The notes under the pieces were generated by a model. It made no database searches, was not told where the DNA came from, and was given only the letters and a program-made list of their open reading frames with translations. This document shows, piece after piece, positions 36,075 through 46,753 of a DNA stretch of 64,000 bases; the stretch's first letter is position 1; each line of letters starts with the position of its first letter. This stretch comes from Marsupella aquatica. Its lineage: Eukaryota > Plantae > Marchantiophyta. A program made the position numbers and the translations under genes. The DNA lies in NCBI GenBank assembly GCA_973895155.1, contig OZ316898.1:6435079-6499078 (forward strand), in the 5' to 3' direction.

Positions 36075-37563
36075 CAGGCCCTTCATGCATGGTCTATCAT
36101 AGTTCGAGTGAGGTTCATTTCTAACAACATCAGCAGTTATGACCTTGATGAATTCAGATGGTTGCATGAGAGTGGAGTGGCTTGGACTGGCCTTGTGTCA
36201 AAAGAGAAGCCAGTCAATCCAAGCATCTCCACTTTCACACAGCTTTCTACTATACACTTCAGCGCTCATCAAGTGCACTACCACTGTGACATATCATGGA
36301 GGCTTCAGAATGACCTAGTACAGATTTGTCATTGCCATCATGCTGGGCTTTGGATTTGCAAACGACCAGCCCAAGGATCTCTGCTTCCAAAACAATTTTG
36401 GTAGCAGTTCATAAATTCAGCCACGTGGTACGAGCTTGGAATCTTGACAATCTCAGGCCATTATGGCCGTGTTGGACATCAATATTTAAAGACCAGGGCA
36501 GAATTAAGCATCCAAGACTTCTTGCCTTTTCACATTCCAGTCCAACTTATTTTCAAGGTTTTTCCATTTTTGCCAGGCGGGAGAATTTCACCCTGTGTGG
36601 ACCAGAAGATACTAGGACTATTCCTTAATATTAGTTAATTCCTACATTAGTTGTGACTGTGAGATCTCCCTTGACTCGGATCTCCTTAGATTTAAGGATA
36701 ACCGTTAGATTCTAGCTTCTGGGGCCTGTAGTTAGATGCCAGGAAACTGGCTACTGGAAGACAAAATTCCAATAAATTTATGCCGATAGTGATATAGACT
36801 TTTCAGAGAGGTGGAATCCAGAGAATTTTTGCCACCAAAAAATTGTTATAATTCCAGTCACAACATATTTCTTAGTGGCAAATTTTTTCTAGATTCCTCT
36901 ACTCCCTAATTTTAGAAAAAAAAATGTCATCAATGGTGAAATCTGGTGGATCTAGGTTTGATGACGGACAGAGTGGCTCGCTTGTATATATGCTCTCCTC
37001 TCCAAGGAATTGTCTTTTATCAACTCTCTAAGCAAAGTTTGAGTTCTACCTAACATAAGATACCCAAACAAATATTCATTTTGTCTATGTACATTGCTCC
37101 TTGAGTTGCTCTTGCTCCTTAATTGGTTTTAACTAAACTTTTGAACCACTCTCTCAAATTTTACTTAGTGTTTTTGCTATTGTTTATACCATAACTGTGT
37201 TTCAGCATGGATACAGTTGGTTTTGAGATTTTGTGACTCATTCGGACAGCCAGTCATTAAGTTACGCTTTAATTTGTCTTTTTCTAAATTTGACTTAGTT
37301 ATAAGGTTTGGTCTAAGCAATCTAACTGAGCCCTGGCCCTGGAGGGTGATGTCTGTAACCCAGTCTTCCCCTCAGGCTCCAACCCTCAGGCTCCAGGGCT
37401 TACCACACCCAATCCATGCCAAACCATATATTCATACTAGTATGATTCATTGATGAAAGTTTTATGAAGCACACAATGAAAGTAATATAGTGGGAATGTA
37501 TGCCGAAATTGACCCGGAAATTGACCCATGTACACTCAAACCAATGACGGTGCAGGCATGCAG

Positions 37564-37630
37564 GGCCTATACAGCCTCAATGGTAGAGCACTACTGTCTA
37601 CGCAACAGGTCCTAGGTTCAATCTTGGGTT
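37564..37630 (+). mobile_element. tRNA-derived SINE head or tRNA pseudogene (related to 36019-36074)
   Basis: AATGGTAGAGCACTAC...AGGTCCTAGGTTCAATC. Confidence 0.45.
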
Positions 37631-40521
37631 CAATTTTAATTATAAACGTTTATAATTAAAGTAAAATCCTAGGTCATTTAAAATTAATCCAAAATATGAA
37701 TATTCATAGAATGTTGTTCAGTCTCATAAAATATTAATAATTTTAATTAGGTCAATCTCCTGTGTTGTTCTGAAGAACACCCTAAGTTAACCCCCAACCA
37801 CAACCAGTGCCATAACCCCCGGCAGCACATGGGTTACTCTGTCAATTAACTCCCCTAGTGATTTTCCTTTTCATAATTGTGGTACTTGTATGGAGAAGAA
37901 TGCACAGTCCAGATTTGTAGATTTGTACCCTGGCACTAAGAAACTTCTCCTCTATTTTTATTATGGACACTCAAAATAAAATACATTTTAAGCTTGAAGT
38001 GTATTAATGCTATCAATAGCCCCTCAAAAGTTGAGCTAAAACCCTAATATGTTAATGGCCCAAGATGCAATCTTAATTTTGTATTCCCATGCCACTATTA
38101 TGCACAGATTGCACGGATTATTAGCTGTGTGTTCCCTGGGCGTTACTATATACCTTAGTCATTGCCATCCAGTTCAGGCTGCATGAGATATTAATAAGTT
38201 TTTATTCCAGTAAATAACTCAACCCCAAAGTATTATTCTTGTGTTCCCATTTTTTAGTTCTAAAGAATAATGTATACACTGAAATTTGGTTACAAACTTA
38301 AGAGAAAATTCACTAAGGGCATCTGCAATTAGCCCTTAGTTTTCTGGCCATCAACTTTGCAGATGACAATAAATATTGGATGAGAATTTTGTGGAGAAAT
38401 CTGTTGTCAGGCAGGGCTTATGGCATAGAAAGTGGGGAACCTAGGACAAGCGCTGGAAACTTTAGGACCATTGAGGTCCCATACTTTGAAGTCACAATAA
38501 AACAAGCAAGGGATACAAGGTGACATGAAGTGACAAAAAAACAGAAAAGGGACACCAAAAAAGCTTGTGCAGCTTACACTTAATAGGACAGCCAATACTC
38601 TTGCAAATCTAACTCATGCAATTTAGGGAGCACAGAGGGCCCATAGATTGGGGGCTGCCCACAGGTAAGCACATTGGCTCTAAGGGCCAACTTACATGTG
38701 GGCAGCCCTAGCTCAAGAATATGGCCCTTTGCAATCATGACTTTTGCGAAAAAGCAAACTTTCACTGACAACACAATTTGCTACATGTGATGTATGCAAA
38801 ATGTGTCAAGAAATGTGTTTGCATGTGTCCTTGCTTTGTCTGTTTACCCACACACAATTTTGTTTTATTCCCAATGCAGAATTTGAGACCTTAAGGTCAG
38901 AAAAGTTTCTGGCCTTTGCCTTTGGCTCTCCACATAAGATGTAGTCAGGCCTCTCAGAGGAGGGGCTTAAGGCATGAAAGTCTGACTGAATGCCATCATG
39001 ACATCAATTATTTTGAGGGTTGCAAAACAACGGGTTGATCACATGCGAATTGGCTCTAAACAAGCAAACTTCAATTTGTCCTACCTTATACAACCATACA
39101 AAGTGACCCAAAAATATGGGTCCCCTCAGAATAGTGTGACAACAAAGAGTAACAAATAAGAATTAAATAAATTACACAATTGCCCTTGTACCTTAGTTTA
39201 TGCCCGGACAAAGGTATACAAAATATTCATGTTGTCTGAGTGTGTTGTCCCTTAACTATCCTCTGGTTGCCCGACCGTACTTCGCTAACCACAATACCAA
39301 AATTGCACAATAGGATGTGTCAAAGCAAGTCTAGCTACATAAGCGAAGTCTTACAGCTGCAAATTTTGGGACATTCTGATCGTTATGGGTCGTGTATTTA
39401 GGGAGCCCACAAGCGTTGTCCCTGCCATAAATTAAACTGTTTAAATACGACATTGGTCATATCTCACTTCTGGCCCTGTTTGACACACCCTAATTGCCCT
39501 TGTAACTTTTTGCCTGGACAAAAAATTTCATGTTATAGTCGGTGTCCGTTCCTCCTCAGTCCTCCGATTGCTCAACACTTGGTAACCACAAGACCAAAAT
39601 TGCACATTCAATAGGGCGTGTCAAAGCCCTCTGACTGTCACACCATTCTGGATGGTAATATTGTGTATCATACTATCTAAGTATAGAGGTTTTGCATGTG
39701 TGCTATATGAGCAATTAAGGTTCAGTTTGTGTTTGTGAAGGGTAGTTATTTTTTTGTGGTGGCTTGAAGGCCTCATCTTTCGACGTTGAACCTTTGATAA
39801 AAAGCTTTGGCTGCTATAGTGTGGTCGACCAGGTTGTGTGTGTATGAACATGAATTCCTTGAGTGCAAGGTGTGTTGGGTTTGGCATGTGTGTGTGATCG
39901 AATTGGGCAGGATTAGTTGTGTGTCGTTGGTATCAAATGAATCGCTTTTTGATTGTTTCAAGATTATTGTCGGCTTGGGGCATGTGTGTACAGGAGTACG
40001 TTACTTATTAATTTATTCTCTTATGTTTGTGATATTGTATGTGCGTATATGTGGATGTGCGTGACAAGCAAGATATATTGTGTGACGATATGTATGCACA
40101 CAACACATGTCATAAGCAAAATCTTATGATGATGACTTTGTGGATGTCTGATCTTTAAGGGGCACCTATTTAGGTACATAGCCCATGAGGTTTTTGTCTC
40201 TGCATAAAACCAATTTATGTCTATGTCCTTGGCCCTATCTCACTTAGTACAGCCTTGGCTTGACACACCTTTAAGGTCATTGTTTGGTTCTTATGGTCCT
40301 TGTCCATTGATTCCTTTCCATATGTAACCTTAATGTCTCATTACAAGCTCTATTGCCTCTCTGCAAAGCTCAGAGTTGAAAACAATACAAAAATCCTGAC
40401 CAGGTCAAATGTGGGCCAATCATCACTAAACACAGAATCTGAAAGGACAAGCAAGTATCTACATATTCCTTTATGAGTATATGGTCTCCCATATTTCTCC
40501 CCCCATGCGCAGATTGACATA

Positions 40522-40786
40522 CTATTGCCCTACAAAGGTTACCATAAGTTCCCACCCCAGACTCCCTTAATCCTAAACTTAATTGCCCTTGTAACTTCAT
40601 GTCCAAACACAGGTACACAAAATGTTCATGTTGATTGCCCAAAGGTTACCATAAGTTACCCACTCCACACTCCCTTAATCCTAATAAACTTAATTGCCCT
40701 TTGTAACTTCACGCCCAAACACAGGTACACAAAATGTTCATGTTGATTGCCCGACAAAGGTTACCATAAGTTACCCACCCCACTCT
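40522..40786. repeat. Tandem repeat of ~110 bp, interrupted by a TIR element and resuming at 45351
   Basis: TTGCCC..CAAAGGTTACCATAAGTT.CCCAC...CTTAATCCTA..ACTTAATTGCCCTTGTAACTTCA.G.CCAAACAC. The same sequence continues at 45351-45445, and related copies lie at ~39178-39320 and ~39491-39620. Confidence 0.75.
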
Positions 40787-41966
40787 ATTCAGGGAGACCA
40801 GTCCCTGTTTTGTCATTAAATGCATCTTGGTTTTCCCCCACACCTCACCGGAAGACTCTCCTTGTTTTTGTGTCCCACTTTTTTCAGGCCAGCCTTTTTG
40901 GGTCCCCTGGCTGCCCCTGCCCATCCCATGCTTGGGCAGCCCTTAAAACCTCGCCCTTTTTGGTAACCCCTTTATTTATATGTTTTTATTTATATATTTT
41001 AATTTTAAATAATGGCTTCTCTGGCCCGCTCTCTGGCCATTCGTCAGATTTTTCTGACTGTATTTTGAAAGTTTGAAACATGGAAATAAAACCCAAGACC
41101 AAAGAGCCAAATAAGGCGAGAGTAGTCACCAATTGCAAGAAGAACTAAACCCTCCCTACAAATATAATTTTTTTCAGGCAGGAATTCCTCTCAGCATTGA
41201 GTGTGGTTGCATTGAGGTCTCTTTTGTAGGAACAAAATTATCTCAGATTCCAGAAAAGAACTATCTGGTTGAAGGAGAATGTATATGTGACATTTCCAAA
41301 GAACAAAAATTGTCAAACCAGGAAACAGGATACCAAAGGCAAGTGACTCAATAAAGGGGGTGAAAACATTAGCCTAACCTCTGTAAGATTAAAGAGCCAA
41401 AATAAGCCTGAGTCCAAACAACTGCAAAAATGAGTAAAATAACTACAACCCTACAGACAAAATTTCTGGCATGAATCAAAGGATGTCAAAAAGTCTGGTT
41501 TGGTTGAGAAATGGAGTTGAGAAAAGACAAAGAAAGGAATTTCACGGCAGAAACTAAACGATCACAAAAAGCGCCGGCAAAATACTTGATGGGTCCCCTA
41601 TAGGTAAAGATAATCATGACTAGCCCCTCACTTTTCAAATATACTTAATGGGGCCCCTTGTCCCTGCAACCCTTTCTCATGACCTGTGTCAGTGATTCTT
41701 TTCTGCATTTTTTAATTGTAACATAATCCTACAATTATCTACATCAGTCCACCAAATGTACTCTCTAGAAGCAATTTTAAGTGTACACTTGCTTAAAATA
41801 AATAGATAACATATGTACAAAGTATTTAGCCCTTGTCACTCCCATATTCATTTTTTTTCATGTTTTGAAATACTTGTGCAAGGTAAGTACTACTTTAAGG
41901 TACCTAATATTTACTCTCTTTAGTTATTCCATCTCAATTTTTTTGGCAGTACTCACACCTGAAAGT

Positions 41967-44911
41967 ATTTATCCAAAGCATAGTCTTAACTGAACTTTAG
42001 TAAGGCGAGTCAATGGTTTTGGGTACTATTTTTAAAATTTTGTTTTCTGCAAATAAATCACATGTGATTTAAACAATTCTTTGATGCTATTTTGCCAAAA
42101 AAAGGAGTCCAATGTGAGTATTTCCTAAACACACCAAGTTCTTTTTGTGTCACTTTGAGTAAACATAGAGACGTGAATTGTGATATGATTTTGATAGTTA
42201 ATTTTGTGGTTATTTCACCAACATTGAGCTCAAATTTTAAGGTCATATAACTGCTTTTACATTTGTTACTATGTGCATCCTAATGCTCATTTTTATGAAT
42301 TCAATTGATGCCTTGTGAATTCAATTAGTGCATTGTGTACTAAGCTAAACAAACACGTTGACGGACCAAACGAGAAGTGTGACAGGCTTCTCGTTTGGGC
42401 CACCCCAAATTTTTTCTAAGTATAAAACACAACGTGATACAAATCAAGATTTCCTACAAAATCAAACATTTCGAAGCAGAAAAACAAAACATCCCAAATT
42501 TGGACTAGTGAATGTCATAAAATGAAGAAGTATGACATTCTGTATCATCAATTTCTATGGAGGCAATACAAAATATGAGTATCATATTTTACATTCCTTA
42601 ACAACTAGACTTCAAAGCATGGCATACCCAATAGGGCATATTCCAAAAAGATACCAACTGTGGTCAAGTTAACCCAAGAAGAATCCTACTATGGTAAAAG
42701 TAGGTGTTTTTGAGATGAGTTTTATTGTGTCTGCAAGAGTTTTGATCTGCGTATCACGATTGTGCTTCCCCTCAAGGTTTTAGAGATGAGAAAAACTTTT
42801 AAGCAATTTTTGAGGATAGTGTTTTAAGTTTGAGAACATTGGTGATCCATGGATCACAGATGGAATTCCCCTCATTATTTTATGGGTTTAAAAATGGATC
42901 ATGCTTTTAACGGTTAGTTTTGTGGACAGTAACCGTTGACGGACCAAACGAGAAGGGTGATAGGCTTCTCATTTGGGCCACCCCAAATTTTTTCTAAGTG
43001 TAAAACGCTACGTGATACAAACCAAGATTTCCTACAAAATCAAACATTTTCAAGCACAAAATCAAAACATCTCAAACTTTGACTAGTGAACCTTACAAAA
43101 CAAGGTAAAATGACATTTTATATCACCAAGTTTTATGGAGGCAATACAAAATATGATACGGGGTATCATATTTCACATTCCTTAACAAGTAAATTTGGTG
43201 TGATTGCTTTATCAATAGAGAATATTCCAAAAAGATACCAACTATGGTCAAGTTAACCCATTAAGAATTGTACGATGGTAAAACTTAACTCGACCACAGT
43301 ACAAACTAAACTAGGCTGAATCTGAAAACTATATATAAAGGACCACAAAAAATAATTAGCTTCACAATTTTGTTTTGTGCCCTCTAACCCATGTTGCTCC
43401 TTCCTCAATGTCAACAGTTGTCCATACAAACCCGGATTCAAAAAGGCCACGACTAAAATGCTAGTAGTTATCCTCACTTGTCCTCATTTTCCTTTACTTT
43501 AAACCCAAATCTGATGCTTCGTATCACATTTCAGATTCTTAATGTTACTTTATCATTCAGAGCTTGATTGGTTTTCACTAAGCGACAAAATAAAGAAATG
43601 ATTTGGTTTCCAGAATTTTGAGAGCAGTATGATCCAGGTATCATGGTTAGGATTATACTCAATGTTTTGTTTCTAGTGACAGATAGGCTGACCAGGTGTT
43701 TTGGTAGGAGGTTTTCTTGTGTTCGCAAGAATTCTGATCCGTGTACCACGATTGTAATTCCTTTCAAGGTTTGGAAGATTAGAAAATAATTTAAAGCATG
43801 TTTTTGAAGATGTGTTTTTGAGTTTGCAAACCCAGTGATCCAAGGATCACAGATTGAATTCCTCCCATTGTTTTGTGGGCTAGAAAATCATTTGTATTTT
43901 CAATGGGTAGTTTTGTGTATCGGCAACAATCCATGATCTGTGGATCATGGTTGGGATTAGGTTTGATGATTTGAATCGTGCAACAATGCCGTTTAGTACT
44001 TGTGGAGGTACAATGAGTGAGTCTTAGGTTAACCAGAAGTGAGTTAAAGTAACTAATCGTAGATGTAACTGCGCAGTTGCGTGGTAGTCCCGAAACCTTG
44101 GGTTCACATGACGATCACATTTAGAGTTTTGGGTATCTTTCAATTCATAAATTATTACCGTTAATTTTGAATTTGCTGTCAAACAACGTTTGGGCAGGTT
44201 GCAAAAGTCAATTTGTAAACTGAATCCAAAATTTGATACGCGGTATCACTTTTGGTATGTGAAAAATTACGTGTACTGTTGCTCATCATAAAAAATTTAG
44301 TTTTTGGTCAAAATCTTGAGTTTGGAAACAATTGCAAAAAATTATCTAACACAATTTAATTTTCCAAATGTGAATATTCTATCTTTAGTCTCTCGCAAAA
44401 AATGACATCCAAATATTTGATTTCCAGATCATTAGTTTAGCTCCCAAAATGTCACTAGGCACAATACAAAAACTGATCCATTTCTAATTTTTTTTCAAAA
44501 AAGCTTGTTTTAACAAAAAACCATGTTTTGTATCACCATTTTTTGCAAAATATGAACAGGCTTCTCGTTTGGTGGTCACACTTCTCGTTTGGTCCGTCAA
44601 CGTGTTAACAATAAAAATTACCATTTAAGTGACATTGTGTAAATTGCCTGAAATGCTCTAGCTTGGTGCTCACATCTGAAAAAAACTTTCACAAAAATAA
44701 CACCAACGAAATGCTCAAGTCTAACATGAATAATTTCACAAAGGTTTTTGGCAAAATAGCATCAAAGAATTGTTTAAGGGCCACTTGATTTAATTGTAAA
44801 AAACAAATTTTAAAAAATAGCACCCAAATAGCATTGGCGAGGCACCCGGATTTCACCCAAACCACTGGTTCACCTTACTAAAGTTCACGGAAGACTATCC
44901 TTTGGAGAAAT
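41967..44911. mobile_element. Nested inverted-repeat element (middle layer)
   Basis: 41967-42100 (GAACTTTAGTAAGG, TTAAACAATTCTTTGATGCTATTTTGCCAAAAA) is the reverse complement of 44745-44911. TSD not resolved. Confidence 0.6.
42352..44606. mobile_element. Innermost nested TIR element, 32-bp perfect TIR, apparent 4-bp TSD
   Basis: AACACGTTGACGGACCAAACGAGAAGTGTGAC at 42352 and its reverse complement ending at 44606, flanked by AACA on both sides. Internal direct duplication of 42352-42680 at ~42931-43275. Confidence 0.8.
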
Positions 44912-45585
44912 TGGGGAAAGACATAGAAAGGGGATAAGGGAAAGAGTAGATGCTTGCCATAAACACTCCTTCGTGTCATGGCAACTTTGTTCACCACCCC
45001 TACTCAACAAACAGTCAGCAGCAGGAAGGGTGGGGTTTTAAGGGCTGCCCATGCTGGTTTTAAGGGCTGCCCAGGCATGGGATGGGCAGGGGCAACGAGG
45101 GAACCCAAAAAGGTTGGCCTGAAACTGACTTGTGACACAAAAATGAGGAGAGTCTTCAGGTCGGGTGTTGGGCAGGAAGGGTGTGATTTTAAGGGCTGCC
45201 CAGGCATGGGATGGGCAAGGGCAACGAGGGAACCCAAAAAGGCTGGACTGAAATTGAATTGTGACACAAAAATGAGGAGGGTCTTCCGGTGGGGTGTGGG
45301 GGAGAACCTAGGTGCATTTTATGACAAAACAGGGACTAGTCTCCGTGAATCCCACTCTCCCTTAATCCTATACTTAATTGCCCTTATACTTAATTGCCGT
45401 TGTAACTTCATGCCCAAACACAACACAGGTACTTCATCTTCATGTTGTCCCGCACTCTCTTGCTCCTCTATCCTCCGGTTGCCCAATCGTTGGTAACTAC
45501 AAGACCACCTCACAAGCTCCCATTCCCCACCACTCGGGTTTAGGGTTTAAGCTCTTTTCCTCTCCACATTCTGTCGTCACTTCAC

Positions 45586-45645
45586 TCCATTCCTTTCCAT
45601 TCCTTTCCTTTCCTTTACTTTCCTTTACTTTCCATTCCTTTCCTT
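45586..45645. repeat. (TTTCC)n-like pentanucleotide microsatellite
   Basis: Directly visible run of TTTCC/TTTAC/ATTCC units. Confidence 0.85.
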
Positions 45646-46753
45646 CGTGTTAAAAATACTCCCTCGAGATGGAATTCGAAGAGGAAACATGAGGAAAGGC
45701 CCAACAGAATCGGTACAGTGGATAAGGGAACGAAGCATAGCTCAGCCAGGGCAGTGTAGTAGTACGATAATGAGGAGGATGGAGGGGTTTATCCCCAAAA
45801 TCTCACCCGACACACATCTTTCCAGCGTGGGATGAGGAGCGCACACAACCATGGTGATTTGTGGACATGAGGACTGAGGCGTGTCGACGAATTCAGGGTG
45901 AATGCGTCTCGGGTGCTGGTGCTGAGGATAGAGAAGCGGAAATCGTTCATGTTCTGCGAAGAGTGGCTTCCGTTAGAGTGATTTGAATGCTCACTTGGCA
46001 GCGTCGACTCTGCGACTGCGGCAGTCGTTGTAATCTGGCCATTCAATCGATGACTGGTGAGCTTGGATCGCCCTCTCGTCAAATTCGTCTGATTCTTTGC
46101 TTGCTGCAACTCTGAAAGTGACTTGGCAGCAGTGTAGCCTCCTCTAATGCTCGGCTTCATCATCTCAGGCTGTAGCGCTGGGAAGTTTTGACCGCAGTTT
46201 TCTTTTTTGTGTTTGGTTGTTTGCCTAATTTTTTCGTTTTGTTGGTTTCTTTTTTTCTTTTTGTTTGCCTATGTTTTTGTTTTGTTGGTTGTTAGCCTAT
46301 TTTTTCTCTCTGATGCAGCTGAGCTGATAGGAATTCTCCAATAGGTCGATTACCAGAGGCTGTAAGCAATTCCGTCATGACTGCGATGTCAGAGCAATGG
46401 CGAGATACCGGTGATACAGATCGGAGGATAATTCCCTGCGTGGCAACACAGCAGCTGCATTCTCATGGTTTGGAAATGAGGACCATCGTCAGGAGTGATT
46501 GCAATGTCACTTAGTTAGCTAGCGAGGCGAAAGCGCTGGCCCTGCGTCCGGAAACGAATTTGTTTACTCAATCCTATCATGAGGCGCAACAGAAGCAGCA
46601 GGAATGGGACAATAGAGTTTGTGGAGAAGACCATGGTTCCATCTGGACTGCGTATGTCCATACACCAACTCATTATCTTACTCATTAGGGTATCAGAGCA
46701 TGAGAGGATGCTGATTAGTGAGCTCACGGCATGATTTGCAGGGGCTCTCAAGG

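Larger units (their letters stand above)
28440..36460. repeat. Right arm of the large modular inverted duplication (contains an internal direct duplication)
   Basis: Contains inverted copies of the left-arm modules. 32930-33800 and 34550-35460 are direct duplicates, and 28960-29140 resembles 36160-36320. Confidence 0.85.
40787..45350. mobile_element. Non-autonomous TIR DNA transposon (4.56 kb) with ~165-bp TIRs and 8-bp TSD
   Basis: Left end ATTCAGGGAGACCAGTCCCTGTTTTGTCAT; reverse complement of the right end ATTCACGGAGACTAGTCCCTGTTTTGTCAT. TSD CCCACTCT at 40779-40786 and 45351-45358. The right TIR has an internal ~130-bp tandem duplication (45020-45190). No transposase ORF. Confidence 0.85.

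Noticed and set aside
36019-37630. Functional tRNA genes
   Set aside because: Only A and B boxes are recognisable; the acceptor and anticodon stems do not pair.
44978-45496. 172-aa ORF
   Set aside because: It lies within the duplicated TIR and the adjacent tandem repeat, and has no recognisable domain.
46689-46700. PBS-like GGTATCAGAGC
   Set aside because: No adjacent LTR end or retroelement sequence; it lies just upstream of the PPR coding region and is probably chance.
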